64,000 bases of DNA, taken from NCBI GenBank assembly GCA_963700635.1, contig CAVOYH010000002.1:160001-224000 (forward strand). The letters run 5' to 3'. The position numbers were made by a program, and so were the translations under genes. The notes under the pieces were generated by a model. That model saw only the letters and a program-made list of their open reading frames with translations. It had not been told where the DNA came from and made no database searches. Positions 19,036 through 28,582 of the stretch are shown here, one piece after another (positions within the stretch are counted from its first letter, which is position 1; each line of letters opens with the position of its first letter). The stretch is from an uncultured Bacteroidota bacterium. Lineage in GTDB: Bacteria > Bacteroidota > Ignavibacteria > UBA10030 > UBA6906.

Positions 19036-20249
19036 TCCGGCGGATTCTCTTTGTCGACGAAGATCAGGAACGAAACGGCGCGACCGTGAGCCTTGAGTAT
19101 CTGGTTCAGGGTTTCAAGGAATCGGGTTATGATCCGGTCGTGCTTACCTGGAAACAGGAAGAGTGGGCCAAGGCCCGGCTGCGGGAGTCGGCAAGCCTCA
19201 TTGATGGACGGTGGGGTCCGGTGACATCCCTCACAATGTGTTTTCATTTTACGTATACTGCTTCGCCGCTCTCATGGGCGGGACTGCGCAATATCCTGAA
19301 AGACGTTGTTAAGTTTGTGGCGGGTTTTTTTGTTGTGCGGAGGGTGATCCGGCGCGTCAAGCCGGCGCTTGTGTATCTTAATGAATACTCTGTTGTGCAG
19401 GCCGCCCTTGCAGCCCGCTCCTGTGGCATCCCGGTGGCGATGCACATCCGGAGCCGTATGCTGGGGGGGATGTTCGGGGTCCGCCGTCGGTTTATGGCCA
19501 GGATGGTCCTCCGGTATTCTGATGTCGTGTTCCCCATAACACGACTGGAGGCGGACCAGCTGCAGGCGCGCCCCCATGAAGAACCCGGCATCCATGTGGT
19601 CGGTGAGTTCGTTCCGATGGGAAGGGAGCCCCAGGGTACAGGAGTCCGGGGCCGGAAAATGTTTGAGCTTCCGGAAGACCGGAAAGTCGTCGTCATGATG
19701 GGGGGGATTCAAAGCATTAAGGGAACCAGGGACTTCCTGCTCGCGGCGGTGACCGTTCTGTCACGGTATCCTGGCGCTGTATTCGCGATTGCGGGGGGAA
19801 CGAGAATGGTTGTGGATCCGGTGAAACGCGCCTATTACGATTCGTGTATGAAACTGGTGGGATCCCTCCAGCAGTTTGATGGGATCCGTCTGCTGGGGGA
19901 AATCACCAATCCCCTGGACTTTGTTGCGATGTGTGACATTCTTGTTGCCCCGAACCTGGAAACACATTTTTCAAGGCCGGTTGTCGAGGCCTGGGGAATG
20001 GGAAAGCCCGTGGTCGTGTACCGCAGTCCGCATATGGACCAGCTTGTCAGCCACGAAACGGACGGGCTGCTTGTCGAATCAGGCTATGTTGAAGGGCTTG
20101 CCTCTTCGATGCTGCGTCTCCTGGAGAGCCCGGAACTCTGTCAGCAGCTTGGTGCGGCGGGAATGAAGAAGGCCAGATTGGAGTTCGACGCAAAAAAGAA
20201 TCTCGACAGGATCATCACACATTGTTCATCACTTATCGAGGCCTCGTGA
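19032..20249 (+). CDS. Glycosyltransferase family 4
   Basis: GT-B features: KG...F, FSRPVVEAWGMGKPVV, ETDGLLV. Confidence 0.85.
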   Translation: MIRRILFVDEDQERNGATVSLEYLVQGFKESGYDPVVLTWKQEEWAKARLRESASLIDGRWGPVTSLTMCFHFTYTASPLSWAGLRNILKDVVKFVAGFFVVRRVIRRVKPALVYLNEYSVVQAALAARSCGIPVAMHIRSRMLGGMFGVRRRFMARMVLRYSDVVFPITRLEADQLQARPHEEPGIHVVGEFVPMGREPQGTGVRGRKMFELPEDRKVVVMMGGIQSIKGTRDFLLAAVTVLSRYPGAVFAIAGGTRMVVDPVKRAYYDSCMKLVGSLQQFDGIRLLGEITNPLDFVAMCDILVAPNLETHFSRPVVEAWGMGKPVVVYRSPHMDQLVSHETDGLLVESGYVEGLASSMLRLLESPELCQQLGAAGMKKARLEFDAKKNLDRIITHCSSLIEAS

Positions 20250-20379
20250 TCCGGGACCCGCGCTGCGTACATCTGCTGAGAGGTGCAGGTTCCCATGGAT
20301 GGGGCCACGGTCGGATTGACCGGACCGGCGGTCGGCTTGAGGGGAACCGTGGTTGGCTAGATCGGTCCCGGAGCATGCG

Positions 20380-21330
20380 ATGAAAAGGGGAACGGTCGCA
20401 GTTGTCATTCTCAATTACCGGCGAAAAGACCACACGCTGGAGTGTCTTTCGTCTCTCTCTGCGTCGACGCAGGTTCCTTTGCGTCTTATTGTGGTGGACA
20501 ATGATTCGGGGGATGGATCCGCGGCGGTTATCCGATCGGCCCGCCCTGATATTGAGGTGCTGGAGACGAAAACAAATCTCGGGTATGCAGGCGGCATGAA
20601 CACCGGTCTGCGGCAGGCACTTGCGTCGGACGCCGAGTATATCCTGGCTCTCAACAGCGACACACTCGCGGCTGTAGATTCGGTGTCTGTGCTGGTCGAT
20701 GCGTTGGATTCCCACCAGGCGGCGGGTGCTGCGACCGGAACCTTCTTCTACTATCCGGAAGCCTTAAAGGTCTGGTACGCCGGAGGTTCCCTGGCGTACA
20801 CGCGGGCTCACGCATTGACGACACGGGCGCTGACCCCTTCCTCGGCGGACGGATCGTCGCCTGTGCAAAAGGTCTCTTTCGTTACCGGCTGTGCGATCCT
20901 GTTCCGCGCTTCCGCACTCCGCCGGGTGGGATTGTTTGATGAACGATATTTCATGTACCTTGAGGATGTGGACCTGTCGCGGCGTTTTCTCTCAGAAGGT
21001 TTTGACCTGCTGTACGTTCCCCTGGCCACATGGTATCATCGTCTGATTGCCGATGAACAAACGCCGCTAAAGACATATTTTGTAACGAGGAACCGTCTGC
21101 TGTTTCTTGAGCGCGCTCCCGGCTTGTTCAGCCGGATTGCAGGAAGTGTGTACGTTCTGCTGGTGGTCACGATGAAGGTATTGTGGTGGAGTGTGACCGA
21201 CCGGCAGCTGGCACGCGCGATGTTGCTGGGTGTGCAGGACTATTTTTCAGGACGATTCCATGTGGGAAGGGGACTCACCCTGTCTGTTCAGGATACCGAC
21301 ACTCGGAGATGGAATGCGGATCGGCATTGA
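20380..21330 (+). CDS. Glycosyltransferase family 2 (rhamnosyltransferase-like)
   Basis: VVILNY, VDNDSGDG, NLGYAGGMN, LNSD, FDERYFMYLEDVD. Confidence 0.9.
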   Translation: MKRGTVAVVILNYRRKDHTLECLSSLSASTQVPLRLIVVDNDSGDGSAAVIRSARPDIEVLETKTNLGYAGGMNTGLRQALASDAEYILALNSDTLAAVDSVSVLVDALDSHQAAGAATGTFFYYPEALKVWYAGGSLAYTRAHALTTRALTPSSADGSSPVQKVSFVTGCAILFRASALRRVGLFDERYFMYLEDVDLSRRFLSEGFDLLYVPLATWYHRLIADEQTPLKTYFVTRNRLLFLERAPGLFSRIAGSVYVLLVVTMKVLWWSVTDRQLARAMLLGVQDYFSGRFHVGRGLTLSVQDTDTRRWNADRH

Positions 21331-22450
21331 TGCGCGCGCAACAATGATGGCGAACGACGGGATCGGGCGCTATGCCACAGAACTCCTCAAGGAATACGCC
21401 CGGAGGGACGATGGGCATGAATTCTATGTCTTGAAGAACCAGCTGACCGGGATATCTTTCGCGTTTGACAGTCGATTTCACGAGATTGTGGTGCGGACTG
21501 ACCGATTTGGCCTGAAGGAACAGATGGCCCTCCCCCGGATCCTCTCTCCGCTCCGGCTGGATCTGTTTCATTCACTTCACTCCGCTCTCCCTCTCGCCTA
21601 CCGGGGGGTGATGGTGATGACCGTACATGACATTATTCCGGTGATGAGTCCGTGGAGTTTTGGACGGAGCGGTCTCAGAAACTGGATGGCGTCGACGTAT
21701 ATGACAGGGCTGGTGAGATTGTGCGTACGCAGAGCCTCGCTCGTTGCAGTTTCGTCAGAGAACACACGCAGGGATATGATCCAGCATCTGGGCGCCAGAC
21801 CTGAACGGCTGCGGCGGGTGTATCTGGGAATTAATCACGAAGAATTCGTACCGCCACCCGACGCGCAGCAGATCCCTTCCCGCCTGGGGCTCTCGCAGCC
21901 GTTCTTCCTGACGGTGACAAATTTTAAACCACACAAGAATACCGGCATGTTGCTTGATGCATTCCGGCTCATGCGCAAACGGATCCCTGATGCGCAGCTC
22001 GCCGTCGTCGGCGCCGATGCCCGGAGTCTGGCAAAACATCTCGGCAATTTCGACATGCTTGCCGCCGAAGGAATCCACATTCTGGGTTATCAGGATGACG
22101 CAACCGTGACCGGGTTAATGTCAACGACCACCGCGTTCGTCCATCCCTCGCTCTATGAAGGGTTTGGTTTTCCGGTGGTGGAGGCGATGGCGTCAGGAGC
22201 GCCGGTGATCACCTCGTCCGCGGCATCACTCCCCGAACTTGGAGGAGACAGCGTTCTGTACATCGACCCGAATGATCCTGCTGACATCGCGCGTGCGATG
22301 GAGAAGATCTGTACTGATGCCGCCCTTCGGGATGACCTCAGGAAAAGGGGGAAAGTCCAGGCGGGCACGTTCCGGTGGAAGGATAATGCTGATGCCATGT
22401 TGCAGGTGTACCGCGATGCAATGTCCGGTTCAGGAGCCCGTACCGTATGA
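21314..22450 (+). CDS. Glycosyltransferase family 4 (mannosyltransferase-like)
   Basis: MRIGIDAR, GIGRY, TVHD, PSLYEGFGFPVVEAMASG. Confidence 0.92.
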   Translation: MRIGIDARATMMANDGIGRYATELLKEYARRDDGHEFYVLKNQLTGISFAFDSRFHEIVVRTDRFGLKEQMALPRILSPLRLDLFHSLHSALPLAYRGVMVMTVHDIIPVMSPWSFGRSGLRNWMASTYMTGLVRLCVRRASLVAVSSENTRRDMIQHLGARPERLRRVYLGINHEEFVPPPDAQQIPSRLGLSQPFFLTVTNFKPHKNTGMLLDAFRLMRKRIPDAQLAVVGADARSLAKHLGNFDMLAAEGIHILGYQDDATVTGLMSTTTAFVHPSLYEGFGFPVVEAMASGAPVITSSAASLPELGGDSVLYIDPNDPADIARAMEKICTDAALRDDLRKRGKVQAGTFRWKDNADAMLQVYRDAMSGSGARTV

Positions 22451-23607
22451 AAATCGTTCAGACCAATAAGGCGTACGCGCCCCTGATCGGGGGGATGGAA
22501 ACAATTGTCACCGCCCTGGCGGAGGGGTTAAGCAAAAAAGATGGGACCGAAGTTGAGGCGCTGGTGTGCAACGCAACCAGATCGTTCAGGAGTACGACGC
22601 GGGTGATCAATGACGTGCGGGTCACGTATGTACCCCGTTGGGGCTCCATCACCTCGTTGCCTGTCAGTCCGTCCTTTCTGACGCACCTCGCCCGCGCCAG
22701 GGGGGACATTCTCCATGTTCACGAGCCCTTTCCGCTCGTAGATCTTTCTTTCGGCGTGTACCCGCGAATCCGCAGACATTTCAAACGCATTGTGGTGACA
22801 TACCAGTCAGATATTATCAGGCAGAAATGGGCTCTCGCTTTTTATCGCCCGTTCATCCACCACTTTCTTTCGATGACGGATCGTATCCTGGTGAGCTCCC
22901 CGGCCCTTGTCGAGCATTCGGATATCCTTTCCCTCTACCGAGACCGCTGCGAAGTTGTCCCTCTCGGTCTGGACTTGAAGTGGACCGGGGATCGGGGGAA
23001 GCGGAGTGTGCGGGTGGAGGAGATTCGCATGTTACGCGGCACACCGCTTATCCTCTTTGTGGGCCGTCTTGTCTACTACAAGGGTCTCCAGTACCTGATC
23101 GACGCCATGGCGGAGCTTGCCGCGGCGAAACTTGTGATTGTCGGATCGGGTCCCCTGCAGGGAGCGCTGGAGCGTCAGATACAATCACACCAGCTGCGCG
23201 ACCGGGTGACGATACTTCCGCACATGGACTCTGAAGAGTTGTATTCCTATTATGAAGCATGTGACGTGTTTGTCCTCCCGTCAACCGAACGGAGTGAGGC
23301 CTACGGCCTTGTCCAGATCGAAGCAATGGCCAGCGGCAAGCCCGTTGTATCAACAGAGATCCAAACCGGGACGACATTCGTGAATCAGAACGGAAAGACC
23401 GGCTTCACCGTGCCCCCCCGGGATGCGGGGGCGCTGGCGCATGCAATTGAGAAGCTGCTCCGGGACAACGAGCTTCGCGCCCGCTTTGGCCGGCAGGCGG
23501 AGGAACGCGCGTTGCGGGAATTCACAACTGAAAGTATGGTTGACCGGACATACGACATCTACCGGCGGCTGCTCGATGTGCGCGCCGATACCCCTCTTTC
23601 GAGATGA
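22447..23607 (+). CDS. Glycosyltransferase family 4
   Basis: FVGRLVYYKGL, PSTERSEAYGLVQIEAMASGKPV. Confidence 0.92.
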   Translation: MKIVQTNKAYAPLIGGMETIVTALAEGLSKKDGTEVEALVCNATRSFRSTTRVINDVRVTYVPRWGSITSLPVSPSFLTHLARARGDILHVHEPFPLVDLSFGVYPRIRRHFKRIVVTYQSDIIRQKWALAFYRPFIHHFLSMTDRILVSSPALVEHSDILSLYRDRCEVVPLGLDLKWTGDRGKRSVRVEEIRMLRGTPLILFVGRLVYYKGLQYLIDAMAELAAAKLVIVGSGPLQGALERQIQSHQLRDRVTILPHMDSEELYSYYEACDVFVLPSTERSEAYGLVQIEAMASGKPVVSTEIQTGTTFVNQNGKTGFTVPPRDAGALAHAIEKLLRDNELRARFGRQAEERALREFTTESMVDRTYDIYRRLLDVRADTPLSR

Positions 23608-23617
23608 CGAGCCCATA

Positions 23618-25021
23618 ATGTCCACACGCCACGAAGTGCCCATTCTGCTGTTGACGGACATCCTGACCGTCTGCCTTGCCTGGTTCGCGTACTATGGTAT
23701 CCGGGTGCAGAGTGGGTTTCTCCTCGTTGGGGTCCAGCCCGACTTCTTCCTTCCCATGGCTGTCGTCAGCGTGTTCTGGATGCTCCTGTTTCTCCTCGTT
23801 GGCCTGTATCGTCCCTGGTATGCGGCCTCTCGGTTTGACGAACTTACGCTTATCTTCAAGACCACGCTGGTCGGTTGTTTGCTCCTTTTCTTTGTGATCT
23901 TTGTTGATGACGAAGGGACAACGGTCGGCACAAGCGCCCGTGTGCTCATGCTTCTCTACTGGGGAATTCTGCTGGTTTGTGTCGGGAGCGGCCGGTTGCT
24001 CCTGCGCAGCGCGCAGCGGCGTATGCTCATCGCAGGAATAGGAACGCATCTCACCGTGATCGTTGGAAGCACCGCCCGTTCACGTGAACTTTTTGATCAG
24101 GTCGCCCGCTATCCTGCGCTGGGGTACCGGGTGGCGGGTTTTGTGCGTCTCGAGAAGCCGGAACGGCGGAAGGGCGGTGTATGGGATCGTGGCGTCAGAG
24201 TTCTGGGCGGACTCGAAGACCTCACGGGGATCATCAAACGGGAGAACATCCGGGAGGTGCTCATCGCGCTCGATTCCAAAGACCACAACCGTTTGCTGGA
24301 TATTATCTCAAAATGTAACGGCAGTCCGGTCGGACTCAAAATCGTTCCCGACCTGTATGATATCATCAGCGGCCAGGCCCGCACCAATCAGATCTATGGG
24401 TTTCCCCTCATCAATATCTCTCCCCAGCTTATGCCGGCCTGGGAAGAATTTGCAAAACGGATGATGGATGTGATTGCAGCAACCGCGGTGTGCGTCGTCG
24501 GTCTGCCGCTCTGGGTTATCATTGGCGTGGCCATCAAAGTCGAGTCGGATGGCCCGATTATCTACAAGCAGGAACGGGTTGGCAAGGACGGTGTGCGCTT
24601 CCACATCCTGAAATTCCGATCCATGCGTGACGATGCAGAAAAGGCCGGGCCACAGTGGGCACATCGACGCGACCCGCGTATTACGCGTGTGGGATATCTG
24701 CTCCGGAAACTCCATCTGGACGAGATCCCTCAACTCTGGAACGTCCTGCGCGGCCAGATGAGCCTGGTCGGCCCGCGTCCCGAACGACCGATGTTTGTCG
24801 AACAACTTTCGACGGAAATACCGATGTACCCCCGCCGCCTGAAAGTGCGGCCGGGTATTACCGGATGGGCTCAGGTAAAACATAAATACGATGAGTCTAT
24901 TGACGACGTGCGAAAGAAAGTCCAGTACGACCTCTTTTATATAGAGAATATGTCCTTACGCATGGATTTTAAGATCATCCTGAGCACGGCGTACCACGTG
25001 CTCCTCGGGAAAGGCCATTGA
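23618..25021 (+). CDS. Undecaprenyl-phosphate sugar phosphotransferase (WcaJ/WbaP-like priming transferase)
   Basis: N-terminal TM helices, Rossmann-like linker, then KFRSM, LDEIPQL, MSLVGPRPE, RPGITGWAQV. Confidence 0.93.
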   Translation: MSTRHEVPILLLTDILTVCLAWFAYYGIRVQSGFLLVGVQPDFFLPMAVVSVFWMLLFLLVGLYRPWYAASRFDELTLIFKTTLVGCLLLFFVIFVDDEGTTVGTSARVLMLLYWGILLVCVGSGRLLLRSAQRRMLIAGIGTHLTVIVGSTARSRELFDQVARYPALGYRVAGFVRLEKPERRKGGVWDRGVRVLGGLEDLTGIIKRENIREVLIALDSKDHNRLLDIISKCNGSPVGLKIVPDLYDIISGQARTNQIYGFPLINISPQLMPAWEEFAKRMMDVIAATAVCVVGLPLWVIIGVAIKVESDGPIIYKQERVGKDGVRFHILKFRSMRDDAEKAGPQWAHRRDPRITRVGYLLRKLHLDEIPQLWNVLRGQMSLVGPRPERPMFVEQLSTEIPMYPRRLKVRPGITGWAQVKHKYDESIDDVRKKVQYDLFYIENMSLRMDFKIILSTAYHVLLGKGH

Positions 25022-26691
25022 TGAGCCGCTGGTTGCTCCTGCTTCTCGGAGTCGCTGTGTGTACTGCCGCAGCGCAGCAGGTGGATCATGTACCCCTATC
25101 ACATCCCGTACATGATTTCCTGGATCGACTCGGTGTGCGTGGTGTGCTTTCGCTCTACAGCGGCAGCGTCCGGCCCCTGGAACGGGGCAAGGCCCTCCGC
25201 CTGCTGGACACTGCCCTTGTGCACGCCGACCGCCTCAGCGGGGTCGAACGAAGAAGTCTTGACAAATTTAGAGTAGAATTCTCCCGTGATCTCGGCTCAC
25301 GGCCTGATCGTGAAACAATTCTGCTCGGTTCACACGAGTCGGTCGGGAGTCTGATCAAGGATATGGTCTCCGACAAAGAAAAGCACCTTTATGCGGTTGT
25401 TGATAGCAACACCACATTGATTGTGGAACTGCTGGGTTCAACGGAATATCGCTCCCAGCATGGCGACTCGCGGGGGAACACTGATGTGACACTGCTCAGC
25501 ATCGGTGGCCGTTTTCGCGGCACGATCGCCGGCAGACTCGGGTATATGCTCCAGGCGACAAACGGGGTCATGCGCGGAAACCGGGCGCTTGCCCTGACCG
25601 ATCCGCGTCTGGCGGCGAATGTGAAATTTAATAACCTTGACAGTCCAAATTTCGATTTCACCGAGGCCTACCTCCGTCTTTCGTTTGACTGGGCTGGCCT
25701 CCAGTTCGGGAGAGAGTACACATCTGTGGGTGTGGGATACAATGACCGGCTGATTCTTTCGGAGAACGGGCCTCCACTGGATTTTTTCAGCATCAACGCA
25801 GAGTACAGATCATTCCAGTTTTTCTTCCTGCACGGCGCCATTCTCGGTGCCGACAGGGGCTTCTCCGGACTTCTGGAGCAGGCCGCAGTTGGCTCGTCAA
25901 AGTACCTCGCACTTCACCGGTTCCAGTTCTCCCTCTTTGACGCCATAACAATCGGCGCGAGCGAGATGGTCGTCTATCAACGCCTTACTCCGGAATATGC
26001 CTATCTTAATCCCATCAATTTTTTCAAGTCCTCCGAGCATCAGTTACGGGATCGGGACAATGCCCTGATGGTGCTGGATCTCGAGGTGTTTCCCTGCGAC
26101 AACTGGAAGTTCTATGGCGCATGGCTTATTGATGACATTACGATATCACGGATCGGCACCGGATGGTGGGGCAATGAATTCGGCTGGCAGGCCGGGGCAT
26201 ATGTGAGCAATGTCCTGGGCATCCCCGACGTTGATGCCGTTCTTGAGTATGTCCGGTTGGAACCGTTTGTGTACAGCAACCGGGTCGCGGGAAATGACTA
26301 CAGCCACAACAACGTATCGCTGGGCCATCGCCTTCCGCCGAACGCGGACGAATTGACGGTTGAAAGCCGCTGGAGCGCGTCGCCATGGCTCCGGTTCCGG
26401 CTTCAGGCAGCATACAGGCGCCATGGGAGGAACATCATGGCGGGAGACTCTCTGGTGCGAAATGTGGGAGGCTCCGTGGTGCAGGGGCATCGCGCGGTCG
26501 ACCCGGAAAAAGCTTTGTTCCTTGACGGCAACAGGGAATCGACCACCCGCATGCAACTCCGGGTGGAGTACGAGCCCCTTCGGGAGATGTATATCACAGG
26601 AGTTGCTGATATTGTCCGCAGACGTGACCACGCCGCCGGGACGAGCACCTCAGACCTGGGGCTGACCATCGGTGTGAGAATCGAATACTAA
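25021..26691 (+). CDS. Capsule assembly Wzi-family outer-membrane protein
   Basis: Signal peptide, helical N-terminus then beta-barrel; YLNPINF, YG..LIDD; C-terminal aromatic residue. Confidence 0.7.
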   Translation: MSRWLLLLLGVAVCTAAAQQVDHVPLSHPVHDFLDRLGVRGVLSLYSGSVRPLERGKALRLLDTALVHADRLSGVERRSLDKFRVEFSRDLGSRPDRETILLGSHESVGSLIKDMVSDKEKHLYAVVDSNTTLIVELLGSTEYRSQHGDSRGNTDVTLLSIGGRFRGTIAGRLGYMLQATNGVMRGNRALALTDPRLAANVKFNNLDSPNFDFTEAYLRLSFDWAGLQFGREYTSVGVGYNDRLILSENGPPLDFFSINAEYRSFQFFFLHGAILGADRGFSGLLEQAAVGSSKYLALHRFQFSLFDAITIGASEMVVYQRLTPEYAYLNPINFFKSSEHQLRDRDNALMVLDLEVFPCDNWKFYGAWLIDDITISRIGTGWWGNEFGWQAGAYVSNVLGIPDVDAVLEYVRLEPFVYSNRVAGNDYSHNNVSLGHRLPPNADELTVESRWSASPWLRFRLQAAYRRHGRNIMAGDSLVRNVGGSVVQGHRAVDPEKALFLDGNRESTTRMQLRVEYEPLREMYITGVADIVRRRDHAAGTSTSDLGLTIGVRIEY

Positions 26692-26744
26692 AAAAGGCGC
26701 ACGGCACAACACCGAACGGGCGCATCATAGCACGGGAGCAGATC

Positions 26745-27851
26745 ATGAAGATGCACATGGTTGACGTTATTGGTCAGTATCAGAAAATCAAAACTGAGGT
26801 TGACGCCGCAATACACCGCGTGCTGGAGTCGGGACAGTTCATCATGGGGAAAGAAGTCGGGGAGCTTGAGACCCGCATTGCGTCATATCTCGGCGTCAAG
26901 CACGCGGTGGCGTGCGCATCGGGAACAGATGCTCTGCAGATCGCCATGATGGCAATGAACATCGGACCCGGAGACGAGGTCATCACAACGCCCTTCACGT
27001 TTGTCGCAACGGCGGAGACCATCGGACTCCTGGGAGCGACGCCGGTGTATGTCGATATCGATCCCCTCACATTCAATCTTGATCCGTCACACATCGAGAA
27101 GGTTATCACGTCCCGGACCAAAGCCATCATCCCTGTTCACCTGTATGGCCAGCCCGCCGAAATGGACCAGATCATAAAACTTGCCAGGGCGCACGGCCTT
27201 TCGGTAATCGAAGACAGTGCACAAGCACTCGGTGCATCATACCGGGGAACCAGAGTCTGTGCCATCGGCGATGTCGGCTGTATAAGTTTCTTCCCGAGTA
27301 AAAATCTCGGGGCCTTCGGTGATGGAGGGATGGTGGTTACGGACGATTCCGCACTGGCCGAACGAATGAGGATGGTGGCCGCGCATGGATCCAAAGTTCG
27401 TTATTATCATGAGATCCTCGGTATCAACAGCCGGTTGGACACCCTTCAGGCCGCAATCCTGCTGGTGAAGCTGCAGCATCTGGACGCATGGAATGCGGAG
27501 CGCAGCCGCGCCGCAGTGCGCTACACAACGTTGCTGGCAGGCACCCCGGTGACGCCACCCTTTGTCGGCCCCGACCGCGAGCACATTTTCCATCAATACA
27601 CGCTGCGCGTCCCGCAGCGGGACGAACTGGCTGCGCGTCTGAAGGAACGTGGTATTCCGCACGCGATCTACTATCCGGTCCCCCTGCACCTGCAACAGGC
27701 ATTTGCCATGGCGGGAAACGGCCCGGGTGATTTTCCGGAAACAGAGAAAGCAGCCGGAGATGTTCTCTCACTGCCGATGCATACTGAATTGACGCGGGAG
27801 CAACAACATTTCGTGTGTGATACAATCAAGGAATTTTATGCAGCACGCTGA
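26745..27851 (+). CDS. DegT/DnrJ/EryC1/StrS PLP-dependent sugar aminotransferase
   Basis: SGTDAL, PVHLYGQ, IEDSAQ, SFFPSKNLGAFGDGG, NSRLD. Confidence 0.95.
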   Translation: MKMHMVDVIGQYQKIKTEVDAAIHRVLESGQFIMGKEVGELETRIASYLGVKHAVACASGTDALQIAMMAMNIGPGDEVITTPFTFVATAETIGLLGATPVYVDIDPLTFNLDPSHIEKVITSRTKAIIPVHLYGQPAEMDQIIKLARAHGLSVIEDSAQALGASYRGTRVCAIGDVGCISFFPSKNLGAFGDGGMVVTDDSALAERMRMVAAHGSKVRYYHEILGINSRLDTLQAAILLVKLQHLDAWNAERSRAAVRYTTLLAGTPVTPPFVGPDREHIFHQYTLRVPQRDELAARLKERGIPHAIYYPVPLHLQQAFAMAGNGPGDFPETEKAAGDVLSLPMHTELTREQQHFVCDTIKEFYAAR

Positions 27852-28575
27852 CGGAGGCGGTTCAAGGGCGCTCGTTGTGATTCCCACGTTTAACGAGGCC
27901 GACAACATTCCACGCCTGTTGCCGGCTGTCCTTTCCCAGAAACCGGATATCGACATTCTCGTCGTGGATGACGGCTCACCCGATGGCACTGCCGATCTTG
28001 TCCGGCAATTCCAGACCGGTTCGGACCGTGTACATCTTATCGTCCGCCGCGGCAAAATGGGACTCGGGACAGCATATGTCGAAGGATTTCGGTTTGCAAT
28101 ACTCCACAAATATCAGTTTGTGTTTGAGATGGATGCGGATTTCTCACACGATCCCGCCGAAATCCCTAACTTCCTGAAGGAGATTGAGCAGGCGGACCTG
28201 GTGATCGGCTCCAGATATACGAATGGAGTCCGGGTGCTCAATTGGCCCATCAAACGACTACTCCTCAGCTACTTTGCCAATGTGTATACAAGGTTTATGA
28301 TCGGACTCCCGGTCCATGACGCCACAGGCGGATTTAAATGTTACCGGAGAAAGGTGCTGGAAGCCATCGCTCTTGATCGTATTCACTCAAACGGGTATGC
28401 GTTTCAGATCGAAATGAGCTACAAGGCCTGGAAGAAGGGATTCCGGCTTCGTGAGATACCGATCGTATTCCATGATCGCCGTTCAGGCCAATCAAAAATG
28501 TCGCGCTCCATTGTGTATGAAGCAATTTTTATGCTGTGGAAATTACGTTTCCAGAGTCTGACGAACCGGCTCTGA
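27838..28575 (+). CDS. Polyprenol monophosphomannose synthase-like GT2
   Basis: IPTFNEADNI, VDDGSPDGT, GLGTAY, MDADFSH, GYAFQIE. Confidence 0.92.
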   Translation: MQHADGGGSRALVVIPTFNEADNIPRLLPAVLSQKPDIDILVVDDGSPDGTADLVRQFQTGSDRVHLIVRRGKMGLGTAYVEGFRFAILHKYQFVFEMDADFSHDPAEIPNFLKEIEQADLVIGSRYTNGVRVLNWPIKRLLLSYFANVYTRFMIGLPVHDATGGFKCYRRKVLEAIALDRIHSNGYAFQIEMSYKAWKKGFRLREIPIVFHDRRSGQSKMSRSIVYEAIFMLWKLRFQSLTNRL

Positions 28576-28582
28576 TACTGCC

